Below, in pieces: positions 37,376 through 46,605 of a stretch of DNA of 64,000 nt. Both the position numbers and the translations under genes were made by a program. Each line of letters opens with the position of its first letter. Position 1 is the stretch's first letter. Where the stretch lies: assembly GCA_019694615.1 (NCBI GenBank), contig JAIBBP010000264.1, forward strand, positions 958 through 64,957. Reading direction: 5' to 3'. Under the pieces are notes generated by a model. The model was not told where the DNA came from. It saw only the letters and a program-made list of their open reading frames with translations, and searched no databases. The stretch comes from Microthrixaceae bacterium (GTDB lineage Bacteria; Actinomycetota; Acidimicrobiia; Acidimicrobiales; Microtrichaceae).

Positions 37376-38245
37376 ATGCCAACACCGCGATGGCCCTGGT
37401 GGCACCAGACCGATGGCCCGGATGACTACCGCATCAGAGAGTTGCTGCGCGCAGTATGGGATCTGCACGCGCTCTACGGCCAGCACACCTGGCTTTGGAG
37501 GGGACAGCCGAACTACACGCACGATCTCACGGCCGGCATACACACACGAGTAGCTGCAGGCGGCCTCGCGAACGAGTGCGTCGTTGAGTGCACGACTGAC
37601 CTGATCGGTGCGGCGCGAGATGCTCGACTCGACCTGCACGAAGATGCCCGACTACCGGACCTCGCACTGTTGGCGATGCTGCAGCACCACGGTGCGGCAA
37701 CGCCGCTCCTAGACGTTTCACTCGATCCGCTCGTGGCGTTGTACATGGCCGTCGTCAGCCCGAACCCAGCAGATGACGACAACGACGGAGTGCTATTCGC
37801 AATCCGCCGCCCGCAGTCGACGTTGATGGCGTTCGACAGCGGGCCCTTCAACGAGGTCTACAACCAGTTGCCAGACGATGCCGCCGTGCTCTACACCGCC
37901 CCTGATGTGAGCGAGCGACTGCGGATTCAGCGCGGCCACTTCTTGTTGGCAAAGGTGGCGGACAAGTTTCGGACCACCCTCCCCCTCACGATCGACAACC
38001 CGAGTCAGGGCCTCGCCAACGCGTGGATCTACAAGCTGATGGCGGCGCGGGGAGTTCAGGGACAGCCGGCAGTTACTTCCGACGTCGCCGTGTTCCGGGT
38101 GACGGCGAAGTTCAAGTCAGCCCTCCGCGGGTGGCTTGAGGCGCGGTCAGGCCTCACACCTGCCTTCGTGCTGCCGACCGCCTGGCATCGTCCACACCTC
38201 GATGCCTTCTGCTCGGCTCACGGTCGTGGTGCCACTTGGCCGTAG
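37376..38245 (+). CDS. FRG-domain protein
   Basis: LWRGQ and LAMLQHHGAATPLLDVSLDPLVALYMAV match the FRG-domain signature (FRGQ ... QHYGxPTxLLDxT). Confidence 0.7.
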   Translation: MPTPRWPWWHQTDGPDDYRIRELLRAVWDLHALYGQHTWLWRGQPNYTHDLTAGIHTRVAAGGLANECVVECTTDLIGAARDARLDLHEDARLPDLALLAMLQHHGAATPLLDVSLDPLVALYMAVVSPNPADDDNDGVLFAIRRPQSTLMAFDSGPFNEVYNQLPDDAAVLYTAPDVSERLRIQRGHFLLAKVADKFRTTLPLTIDNPSQGLANAWIYKLMAARGVQGQPAVTSDVAVFRVTAKFKSALRGWLEARSGLTPAFVLPTAWHRPHLDAFCSAHGRGATWP

Positions 38246-38252
38246 GAACCCT

Positions 38253-41200
38253 TCACATCGAAGCCCTGAGCTCGATCCGCAACTGTTCGATGGCATCGGC
38301 CGGATCACCGAGCTTGGCTTGGACGAGAGCGTCGGTGTGTTCTTTGTAGACCTTCTCGGCTCCGACGCGGTCGTCGGCGGCGAAGTGCGCCCGCATGAGC
38401 GACTCGACCACCCCGCTGTTGAGCGGGATCGCATGGACAATGCGGCGAAGCATGGAGATCGCTTCCGCGGGTTCGCCGAGGTCGAGGTGCATGGCGGCAC
38501 ACGCCTGCGCGACCCCCGCGACTCGTTGCTCCCAGGTCGTCGCGTAGTGCTCGAAGTCGACCCAGCCGTAGGAGTTCCGAGCGGCGTTCGAGTAGGTGAA
38601 CGGTTTGCCGGTGACCAGGTCGAGCGCGGCGCGGTAGTGAACGATCGCCTCAGCCGGTTCAAGGTTGGCGGCACGGTGGACGTGCCAGTCGAAGACCTCG
38701 AGGTCGGTTCGTAGGCGCGGTCCGGCGACATAGGTGCCCTTGCGGTTGGCCGGTAGGTGCTGGGACCCGATCGCTGCGCGAGCCTCGGTCATGGTGTCGT
38801 GGAGTCGCTTGATGTGGGAGGCCCCGTCGGAGCCGAACCAACACGCCTCCTCGAGGCGCTCGGTGCTGACAGATCGCTTCAGTGCGATGTAGGCCACGAC
38901 CGCTGTCGCCTTCGGCTTGACGGGTCGGTCGCCATCGACGGCGACGTCGCCGAGCAGTCGAACGAGCACGTCGAAGTCCGGCGGTGAGTCGTCGTGCTCC
39001 TCATCGGCGTCGTCGCTGGTGGCTTTGTGCGCAGATGTCGTGGAGCCGTTCGACGACACGAGGCTTTCGTACTCGCCGAGCAACTCCTCCATCACGAGTT
39101 GTTCTTCGGGGCTGTCAGCAGCGACGACGATCCGGCTGAGGTCGGCGAGCTCGTCGCCGTCGAGGACTTGGGGTGTGCAGGCGAGGTCGACGGAGTCGAA
39201 GTTGAGCGTGTCTGGCTCGCACCGCAGGTTCGCCACGGCCGCGTCGAAGTCGCCGACGACCACCACAGCAACCGCTGAGGGCTGGCACGAGCGCAGCTCG
39301 TCGGCCAGTTCCGGGGGAGGTGGCCGGTCGGCCACGATGGCGATAGGGACGAGTGCGTCGTGGTCCGGGTCATGTCCGCGGCCGACGAAGGCGTTCGCCC
39401 AGTCGGAGTCCGCCAACGCGTCATGCGATTGTCTGGCCCATGCCCGGACGTCCTCGGCGATGCCGTCCCAGGAGTCGACCACGGTGAGGTGCTCCAGGAC
39501 CTTCGCGTCCTCGTTCACGACTTCGCCGATGCCGATGACCCGCAGGGTCTCAGCGAGGGGACTGAGCGTCAGCTCCGTGAGGATGGAGCGCGCGAGGTCC
39601 TCAGCGGTCGCCCGGTCGCCGGTCAAGGCGGTGAGTCCGTCAGCTTCGAGGTCGAGGTACATCTGCGCGTCATCTTCGGGTTGGCCGACGGTCACCAGGA
39701 GCGGCGCGGGGGTCAGCGGCCCCTCATACTGGTCGTCTGGGTCTGGAGGCTCGGCGAGGCTCCAGACGGTGCCATCGTCGGAGCTGACCCAGCCGGAGGG
39801 TGCGTTGGTGTCGGGCTGGTCGATGAGGACTTCGAGGCTGTCGGCGGCGTGGCGGACCATGCGGGGCCGTCTGTCGGAGGCAGCTGTGGCGAGAGCGGCG
39901 GCGAGCCGACCGAGCGCTCCTTGTAGATCGTCGATGCGCTCCTCGTCGGCCTGGGCGACGATCGCCTGGTGCAGCTCGCGTCGATCGAGCTGTGTGCGGC
40001 CGGGGAGTTGGCCTTCGTGGTTCTCGATGTAGTGGCGGCGGCGGCGGTCGATGAGGCGTTTGAGCCCGACGGCGAGCGCGATGCTCGTGAGCCCTCCGAG
40101 CGCTACCGCGATCGGCAGGGTGTCAGACGACTCCCGATCGTCCGTGTCGTCGGCCGCGGCCGCGGCCGGTGTCGCCGTGGTCGGCGACACTGTCGGAGTC
40201 GACGTCGGCGCAGCGGTGGTCGGTGTCGGGGTCGTCGTGGATGAGGTGGGCGGCTCTGGTGCCTGCGCTTCGGGTTCCGCTTCTATGGGCAGTTCGACGG
40301 GGACCGGGGTCTCCTCGGCTTCAGGTGGGGCGAGTGGTTCGTGGCCCGTGGGCGGAAGGTCGATGACCTGGCCGGGAAGGATCAGGCTGGGGTTGCCGGG
40401 TTGGACGTAGCGGTCCTGGTTGGTGTCGATGACCTCTTGCCAGTAGGGGGCTACTTCTGCGTCGGTCGCGTCTCGGCCGAGGTCGTCCTCGAGTCGGTCC
40501 TCGGAGATGTCCCAGAGGTTGTCGCCTCGCTCCACCACGATGCTCGAGCGTTCCGTGGCCGCCGATGTTGGCTGGCCAGGATCTGCCACCGGGTCCGGTG
40601 ACGCGGGTTCGCCGGTCGCGTCGGCGGGCAACAGGAGGACCCAGCCGGTGTGGAGGGTGTCGTCTCCGGCGGTGATGACACTCCCGTCGGGAAGGACGCG
40701 TCCAGCGTTGAGGTCGAGGATCTCCTGCCATCGGAACCCGTCGCCGAGCGTGCGTTCAGCGATGGCCCAGTAGCTGTCGTGGCGCTGCACGGTGACGGTC
40801 GGATGTCCGGTACCCGGTGTGGGCGCTGGCGTGTCGACTACGTGTCCGATGAGCTGGATCTGGTGTCCGTCGACGCTGTTCAGGAACGGGGACTGCGTGT
40901 GGACGGCGGCGTCGACCATCGCTTCGGCGACGACCGGTATCGGTTGGGGTGCAGAGGCGTGGGCGCGGACTGGCTGCACGGTGGAAGCGATCATCAGCAC
41001 ACCGGCAACGAGTCGGGCAGCGGTGATCTGGAAGCCGGGAACGACTGGCAGGCGGATCGCCTGGCGTCCTCGGGCCACGGCGAGTACCTCGACCGCGAGC
41101 GCGAGGGCGAGCTGCGCCCAGGCGAGCCATGCGATGACGGCGAGGGTGTTGACGACGACCTGGTCGCTCACGCCGGTGCGGGCAGCGCTTTCCAAGGAGT

Positions 41201-41336
41201 CGACGCTCGGGAGGCTGGCGGGGAGCGGCCAGCCCACGAGGGTTGCCAGCAGGACGGGCACGCCGACGAGCAGGAAGAGGGTTGCGGCCAGCGAGGTGAT
41301 GCCTCGTAGGAGCCGAGCGGATCGTCGGCCGGTCAT
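38253..41336 (-). CDS. large membrane protein with LysM-like repeats and C-terminal BTAD/TPR-like domain
   Basis: N-terminal TM helices, two LysM-like blocks (HDSYWAIAERTLGDG ... LLLP and VERGDNLWDISE ... LPGQVIDLP), a Thr/Pro linker, a further TM segment, and a C-terminal SARP-type BTAD-like helical region. Confidence 0.7.
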   Translation of the reverse strand: MTGRRSARLLRGITSLAATLFLLVGVPVLLATLVGWPLPASLPSVDSLESAARTGVSDQVVVNTLAVIAWLAWAQLALALAVEVLAVARGRQAIRLPVVPGFQITAARLVAGVLMIASTVQPVRAHASAPQPIPVVAEAMVDAAVHTQSPFLNSVDGHQIQLIGHVVDTPAPTPGTGHPTVTVQRHDSYWAIAERTLGDGFRWQEILDLNAGRVLPDGSVITAGDDTLHTGWVLLLPADATGEPASPDPVADPGQPTSAATERSSIVVERGDNLWDISEDRLEDDLGRDATDAEVAPYWQEVIDTNQDRYVQPGNPSLILPGQVIDLPPTGHEPLAPPEAEETPVPVELPIEAEPEAQAPEPPTSSTTTPTPTTAAPTSTPTVSPTTATPAAAAADDTDDRESSDTLPIAVALGGLTSIALAVGLKRLIDRRRRHYIENHEGQLPGRTQLDRRELHQAIVAQADEERIDDLQGALGRLAAALATAASDRRPRMVRHAADSLEVLIDQPDTNAPSGWVSSDDGTVWSLAEPPDPDDQYEGPLTPAPLLVTVGQPEDDAQMYLDLEADGLTALTGDRATAEDLARSILTELTLSPLAETLRVIGIGEVVNEDAKVLEHLTVVDSWDGIAEDVRAWARQSHDALADSDWANAFVGRGHDPDHDALVPIAIVADRPPPPELADELRSCQPSAVAVVVVGDFDAAVANLRCEPDTLNFDSVDLACTPQVLDGDELADLSRIVVAADSPEEQLVMEELLGEYESLVSSNGSTTSAHKATSDDADEEHDDSPPDFDVLVRLLGDVAVDGDRPVKPKATAVVAYIALKRSVSTERLEEACWFGSDGASHIKRLHDTMTEARAAIGSQHLPANRKGTYVAGPRLRTDLEVFDWHVHRAANLEPAEAIVHYRAALDLVTGKPFTYSNAARNSYGWVDFEHYATTWEQRVAGVAQACAAMHLDLGEPAEAISMLRRIVHAIPLNSGVVESLMRAHFAADDRVGAEKVYKEHTDALVQAKLGDPADAIEQLRIELRASM

Positions 41337-41731
41337 GGTTGGGCCTCGTCGACGGCGGTGGCGGTCTCGCGAACGACGATGGTCCGGTCTGCGCCGGGGA
41401 TGATCCGCATGGGTTGGACGCGGGTGACCGTCACGGTGATCGACGCGTCGGTGACGGTTGCGGTTCCGGTGGCGCCGACGCGCTGGAGGTAGGCGACCGC
41501 AGCGGCTTCGGCGGCGACGGGATCAAGTCGTGGTTCGTTCGCGGAGCGGAGGTGGTCGAGGTCGATCTGCTGGGCACCAGCTCGCGCAGCTCGCTCGGCG
41601 TCGTTGCGAGCGGCGTTGTGTGCAGCGATGACCTGGCCGCCGTCGTAGGCCATACCTGCGACCAGGACGAGTGCAGTGGCGACGACCGCGACGAAGGCGG
41701 TGATGCTTCCTCGCTCGTCGCGGGGGTTCAC
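41333..41731 (-). CDS. TadE/TadG-like pseudopilin
   Basis: N-terminal RDERGSITAFVAVVATALVLV prepilin-like segment. GTGA overlap with the upstream gene. Confidence 0.7.
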   Translation of the reverse strand: MNPRDERGSITAFVAVVATALVLVAGMAYDGGQVIAAHNAARNDAERAARAGAQQIDLDHLRSANEPRLDPVAAEAAAVAYLQRVGATGTATVTDASITVTVTRVQPMRIIPGADRTIVVRETATAVDEAQP

Positions 41732-42153
41732 GATCCGCTCCGGTAGGTGTCGATGACCTCGGTGGCCGTGGCGGTGAAGGTGCGTCGTCCGGGAACGCCG
41801 AGCAGCGTGACGTCGGCCATTGAGGCTTCGCAGGCGACGGTGACGGTGACGGTGCCGCCTGGGGCGAAGTCCGTGGTGTCGACGGTGGTGGTGAGGGTGA
41901 GGCAGGGCACGCCGGCGGCGGCGAGGTTGGCGGTAGCGGACGCTTGTGCGTCGTCGGTGGCGTCGGCGGGGTGTTGGCGGAGGGATGCGGCGCGGGCGGC
42001 GTCGGACGCGGCGCGTTCGACGTTGCCGTCGGCCTCGGAGACCTTGCCCGCGTAGACCACGAGGAGCACGAGGAACAGCAGAGCGGGTGCGATGACTGCG
42101 ACCTCGACAGCGATCGATCCTCGTTCGTCGCGGAGTCGTCCTCGCAGGGTCAT
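41728..42153 (-). CDS. TadE-like pseudopilin
   Basis: N-terminal RDERGSIAVEVAVIAPALLFLVLL. Confidence 0.75.
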   Translation of the reverse strand: MTLRGRLRDERGSIAVEVAVIAPALLFLVLLVVYAGKVSEADGNVERAASDAARAASLRQHPADATDDAQASATANLAAAGVPCLTLTTTVDTTDFAPGGTVTVTVACEASMADVTLLGVPGRRTFTATATEVIDTYRSGS

Positions 42154-42536
42154 CGTTCTGGCTCGGGGATGAAGCGTTCGACCGGGGCGGTGCTGCGGGC
42201 GGTGACCGCCCACTCAAAGCCAGGGACGAGCTGGGGTGCGTCACCGTGGACTTCGACGGTGACCGCGGTTGGCTCGCGGGACACGGTGATGGTGACGTTG
42301 TCGAGGTTGCCTGACTGCGCGAGGTACGACGACGCGGCGTCCTCGCCGTCGCGGGCGGTGCCCGACGAGACCTGGGCGGCGTCGACGGCCTCGGCCGCGG
42401 CGGCGTTGGCGACCTGCTTGGCATGCCACCACAGCCCGTACTGGACGATGAGCATGATCCAGAACAGGACGACCGGGAACAAGATGGCGACCTGGATAGT
42501 CGTCATCCCTCGTTCGTCACGCGCCCTGTGGCCCAT
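42150..42536 (-). CDS. TadE-like pseudopilin
   Basis: N-terminal RDERGMTTIQVAILFPVVLF. Confidence 0.75.
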   Translation of the reverse strand: MGHRARDERGMTTIQVAILFPVVLFWIMLIVQYGLWWHAKQVANAAAAEAVDAAQVSSGTARDGEDAASSYLAQSGNLDNVTITVSREPTAVTVEVHGDAPQLVPGFEWAVTARSTAPVERFIPEPER

Positions 42537-42542
42537 GGGGGC

Positions 42543-42752
42543 TCAGCCGCCGGGCTGCTCGGGTGTCGGGATGTTGTCGGCGTTGCCCTTCGCGGCGTTG
42601 TAGATGATGCCGAGCACGACGATGGCCGCGCCGACGAGGAGGAAGGTGATGACGGCGACCTCGGTGGTCGTCATCCCTCGTTCGTCGTGCGGGTCGATGC
42701 CGAGCCTCGCGCAGCAGTAGGCGAAGAGGATTCTGGGGTCGGGTACGGGCAT
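42543..42752 (-). CDS. flp: Flp-type prepilin
   Basis: 69 aa with leader ...HDERG followed by MTTTEVAVITFLLVGAAIVVLGII (Gly cleavage site, Glu at +5, hydrophobic helix). Confidence 0.7.
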   Translation of the reverse strand: MPVPDPRILFAYCCARLGIDPHDERGMTTTEVAVITFLLVGAAIVVLGIIYNAAKGNADNIPTPEQPGG

Positions 42753-42777
42753 GGTGGCCTCCTTGTGTTGGCTCCGT

Positions 42778-43689
42778 TCAGGGCTGGGGTCCGCTGACCG
42801 AGGTGATCTGGACGACTGCCGGGTAGGCGATGAACACGAGGAACCCGAACAGCAAGACGGCCACCGGGACCGTCATGCGCTCGGTGGCCGCTTCCGCGGC
42901 TGCTTCGGTTTCGGCCACTTGGTGACCTCGGAGGGTGTCGGCCTTCGCGGCGAGGGAGGCCCGAATGCGTGCGCCGTGGGATCCGGCGAGCGACACGCTG
43001 GCGGCGAGTTCGGCGAGTTCGTTGATGCCGAGGCGCGCGTCGAGCTGGGCGAACGTGTCCCATGGAGACTGGCCGGTGAGCCGGGCGCGTCGCAGCTCCG
43101 CGCGGATGGTCTGGTAGCCCCAACCATCCCCGGCGTCCGCGGCGGCGTGCAGCGCTGTCTCGATGCCCGCTCCTCCGGCGAGCAGCACGTTCACGAGGTC
43201 CAGGTAGGAGGACAGGGTGTGGCGGAAGGCTCGCCTGCGCTTGTCGGCTTCGTCACGCAGCAACATGTCAGGCAGGAGGAACCCGGCGACGGCGGTGACC
43301 AGGGAGAAGATGGCGATGAGTCCGAGGGGAGCAGGGATCCCCATGACCACCAGGGCAGCGGCGGCGAGGTTGGGGACGAGGAGTCCGGCGACGGCTCCGA
43401 GGAGCTTGTCGAACGCGTGCCGTTCCGGTGTGCGCCCGACCAGCTCGAGTTCTTGGTGGTGGCGTTCGGTGTCGTAGCCGAGCGATTCGACCAGGCGTCG
43501 TGCCGTGCTGCCGATCCGGTCGAACTCGTCGCGCGTTGTCGGTGCCGCCGTGTCGATGGCGATGCCAGGCCGAGCGAGTCCGGCGAGGACCGCGTCGATG
43601 CTCGGAGGCCGGGGGGCGAGCGCTCGCCACGTGAGCAACACGCCGAGCCCGACACCGGCGCCGAGCAGGACCATGACCACGGCCGTCAT
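42778..43689 (-). CDS. tadC: Tad platform protein TadC (T2SS-F family)
   Basis: Polytopic protein with T2SSF-like helices. Overlaps tadB. Confidence 0.8.
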   Translation of the reverse strand: MTAVVMVLLGAGVGLGVLLTWRALAPRPPSIDAVLAGLARPGIAIDTAAPTTRDEFDRIGSTARRLVESLGYDTERHHQELELVGRTPERHAFDKLLGAVAGLLVPNLAAAALVVMGIPAPLGLIAIFSLVTAVAGFLLPDMLLRDEADKRRRAFRHTLSSYLDLVNVLLAGGAGIETALHAAADAGDGWGYQTIRAELRRARLTGQSPWDTFAQLDARLGINELAELAASVSLAGSHGARIRASLAAKADTLRGHQVAETEAAAEAATERMTVPVAVLLFGFLVFIAYPAVVQITSVSGPQP

Positions 43690-44549
43690 GTCTCTGCTCC
43701 GATGCTGGTGGGCCCTCCGGCCCGTGCGGTGAACCGTTCGGGCAGCTCGATGTCGGCCATGCGGGTGAGGAGCCAGCCGCCGGCAGCGAAGATGCCACCG
43801 ACGATCGCCAGCATGACTTGGCCGCCAGCGCTGTCGTAGACGGTGAGGTAGTCGCGGTTGGCGATGGCGAGGAACACCACGGCGGCGATGACGACGCCGA
43901 CGATCACCTTCGTCGCGGTGCGGACGCGAGTCCGACCGACCTCCACTCGGATGCGCATCCGTGCGTCTCCTCGGGTGGCCTCGGCGAGGCGGGACAGAAG
44001 CCCGGAGAGATCAGCGGCTTCCATGCGGGATGCGATCACGAGGGCCGCGACGACAAGGTCGCCGGAGGGGTGGTCGAGATCCTCGCCGAAGGCGACGAGT
44101 GCCTCGGGGAGTCGTTCGTGGTCGAGGCGTCTCACCATCGTGCGTACCTCGCTGGAGATCGGTGGTGGCGCGACAGGGGCGGTGGCGACGATCGCCTCTT
44201 CGAGGCCGGACGCGGCGACGATCGAGTCGCGGATCATCTCGGTCCACGAGGCGATGGCCTCGGTGCGGTCGATGGCCTGCTGTCGAGCGGCCTTGCCGCC
44301 GAGGATTCCAGGCAGGACGAGGACGGCTACGGCGGCCAGGATCCCGCCGACGAGCCACCCGGTCGCGGCCATCGCCAGAAGCGCCGCCACGGCCGCAACC
44401 GTGACCTTCGGCAGAAGCGAGCTGGAGCGCACGCGCTGGACATAGCTCGACGGTGCGTCGAAGAGTCGGCGACCGGTGAGGCCAGCGAGGACCAAGAGCA
44501 GCCCCAGGGCTACGCCTGCGGCGAGGGCTGCGAAGACGAGTGTGCTCAT
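43686..44549 (-). CDS. tadB: Tad platform protein TadB (T2SS-F family)
   Basis: Start trimmed to MSTLVFAAL (ATGA overlap with the tadA stop). T2SSF-like topology. Confidence 0.8.
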   Translation of the reverse strand: MSTLVFAALAAGVALGLLLVLAGLTGRRLFDAPSSYVQRVRSSSLLPKVTVAAVAALLAMAATGWLVGGILAAVAVLVLPGILGGKAARQQAIDRTEAIASWTEMIRDSIVAASGLEEAIVATAPVAPPPISSEVRTMVRRLDHERLPEALVAFGEDLDHPSGDLVVAALVIASRMEAADLSGLLSRLAEATRGDARMRIRVEVGRTRVRTATKVIVGVVIAAVVFLAIANRDYLTVYDSAGGQVMLAIVGGIFAAGGWLLTRMADIELPERFTARAGGPTSIGAET

Positions 44550-45898
44550 CGCCACCACCCCTGCGCGGCGGCGTGGGCGGTCGCGTCGAAGCCGTGCACC
44601 TCGAGCTGCGCGGCGAACTCCGGTGTGGGCGGCGCGGCCGGGACACCCGATCCGGATGCGTCTGGTCGCCACAGTTCGTTGGAGACGACCTGGCCACCCT
44701 CGACGGCGCCGACGACCTGACGCACGCTGGTCACGCGGCGCTCGCCGTTGACCCAACCGAGGTGCACGATCAGATCGACGGCGTTCGCTACCAGCAGGTT
44801 GGTGACATCGGGGACCAGTCGCTCGGGGGTCATGGCCGCATACATGGCGAGGCGTCCGAACACGCCCTTGGATGAGTCAGCGTGGATCGAACACATCGAT
44901 CCGTCGTTGCCCTGGCTCATGGCGAGGAGCATCGGGAGGACCTCGGCGCCGCGAACCTCGCCGACGATGACCCGTTGCGGGTCCATGCGCAGCGCCGAGC
45001 GGACGAGCTCGGCGAGGCTGAAGGACCCGACGCCTTCGGTGTTGGCTTCACGGGCTTCGAGCGTCTCGTGGTCGGGGTGGAGGTCCTCGAAGCGCTCGAG
45101 TCCGATCTCCAAGGAGTCCTCGACTGTGATGAGGCGCTCGTCGGCTGGGATCTCGTTGATCAGGCACCGCAAGGTCGTGGTCTTCCCGGTGCCGGTTCCG
45201 CCGGCCACGATGATGTTGGCCCGAGCCCGCACCGCAGCAGACAGGAAGCTGGCCGTCAGGTCGTCGCACACGCCGAGCTCGACGAGTTGGGACACGCGGT
45301 GGATGTCGAAGTCGTGGCGGCGGATCGTCACCGTCGGGCGACCCGACACCGCCATGAGGGCATGAAGGCGATCACCGTTCGGGAGCTGCAGGTTCAGCTC
45401 CGGGTGCGCGTGATCCCAGCGACGCTCGCTGCGACCGATGCGCCGCGCCGCGGTGGAGATCAGCTCGACGAGATCCTCGTCGGAGTCCGCCACGGCGGGC
45501 CCGCGGACCTTCGTGCCGTCGCGCAGGTTGAGCCAGACCCGCAGCGCGCCCGAGATGTGGATGTCCCGGATGTCTGGGTCGTCGAGCAGTGGTTGGAGGC
45601 GGGCGAGCCCGTGGATGCGGTCCAGGACAGCCGCGGTGACCTTCGCTTCGGTGGCCTCGTCGAGAGGCACGCGCCCGTCCGAGTACGCGGACGCTGCCAA
45701 CTTGCGAAGTTCGTCGGTCACCAACTTGCGAGCCAGCGCACGTTCATCGGCTGGAGAGAACCGCCCCCGCCCAGCCTCCTCGTGCGCCACATGGGCCGTG
45801 GTCAGTGCCTCGCCAACGCGGTGGTGCAGGTCGGCAACCAGCGCAGGATCGATCCCGTCGCGCTGCCACGCCCCCGAGCCGTTCAGTGCCGTGGTCAT
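44546..45898 (-). CDS. tadA: Tad secretion ATPase TadA/CpaF
   Basis: Walker A GGTGTGKTT, Asp box ERLITVEDSLE, Walker B VIVGEVRG, His box. Confidence 0.95.
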   Translation of the reverse strand: MTTALNGSGAWQRDGIDPALVADLHHRVGEALTTAHVAHEEAGRGRFSPADERALARKLVTDELRKLAASAYSDGRVPLDEATEAKVTAAVLDRIHGLARLQPLLDDPDIRDIHISGALRVWLNLRDGTKVRGPAVADSDEDLVELISTAARRIGRSERRWDHAHPELNLQLPNGDRLHALMAVSGRPTVTIRRHDFDIHRVSQLVELGVCDDLTASFLSAAVRARANIIVAGGTGTGKTTTLRCLINEIPADERLITVEDSLEIGLERFEDLHPDHETLEAREANTEGVGSFSLAELVRSALRMDPQRVIVGEVRGAEVLPMLLAMSQGNDGSMCSIHADSSKGVFGRLAMYAAMTPERLVPDVTNLLVANAVDLIVHLGWVNGERRVTSVRQVVGAVEGGQVVSNELWRPDASGSGVPAAPPTPEFAAQLEVHGFDATAHAAAQGWWR

Positions 45899-46605
45899 GA
45901 CGCCGCCACCGCTGTCGTCGGCTCAAGCAGCACCGAACTCAGCGCAACTCCGAGGGCACCCACCGCACGAGCGAGCTGTGAACGGGCCAGATGGGAGCGA
46001 GAGCCGCCCACCCGCAGCACCTCGGCGGCATCGGGGTCGTTGGGCAGCTGACCGATCACCGAAACCCCAACGGCCCGCTCGACATCTTCCACCCCGTAGG
46101 GGCCGTCGCCGACGAGCACGACGGCCACCCGACCCCGGACCGCCTGGCGCAGTGTCGGCACGAGATGGGTCAACGCGACGAGCTGATCGGCGACCGGGTT
46201 CACGAACACCGCCAGGAGATCGGAGGCGGCGACGATCGGTACCGGTGAGCGGAGACGTCCAGCGTCTACGATCGCGACTCCGTCAGCCGCAACGAGCTTG
46301 TGAGTGATCCGCTCTCCCGCGGTCCGCCACACCGACGTGCTCGCAGCGGGGGCATCGGGACCCACCAGCACGGGGACGCCACCGGCATCCTGCGCGTGTG
46401 CTCGCCAACCGCCGTCAGCGTCGGGCCCGTCGGCCGCGAACGTCGTCAGGCCAGGTTCACGGCCGAGCCCGTATCGCACCGCGAGAACCCCGCCGTCGAG
46501 GTCAGCCTCGACCACCAGGGCATCGGTGAAGGTCGACGCGAGCAGGATCGCGGTGGTCGTCACACCGGGTGCGCCCCGGACCGAAGCCAAGCTGATGACC
46601 TTCAT
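45895..46605 (-). CDS. TadZ/CpaE-like degenerate ParA/MinD-fold protein
   Basis: N-terminal VISLASVRGAPGVTTTA replaces a canonical deviant Walker A. Position and operon coupling match TadZ. Confidence 0.55.
   Translation of the reverse strand: MKVISLASVRGAPGVTTTAILLASTFTDALVVEADLDGGVLAVRYGLGREPGLTTFAADGPDADGGWRAHAQDAGGVPVLVGPDAPAASTSVWRTAGERITHKLVAADGVAIVDAGRLRSPVPIVAASDLLAVFVNPVADQLVALTHLVPTLRQAVRGRVAVVLVGDGPYGVEDVERAVGVSVIGQLPNDPDAAEVLRVGGSRSHLARSQLARAVGALGVALSSVLLEPTTAVAAS

Noticed and set aside
41333-42424. 363-aa ORF. Similar long 5' extensions occur at 43686-44756, 48115-49026, 49038-49976 and 15132-17252.
   Set aside because: The extensions are Arg/Pro-rich and overlap the upstream gene in another frame. 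Internal starts with start-stop coupling or an SD sequence give proteins that begin at the expected family N-termini.
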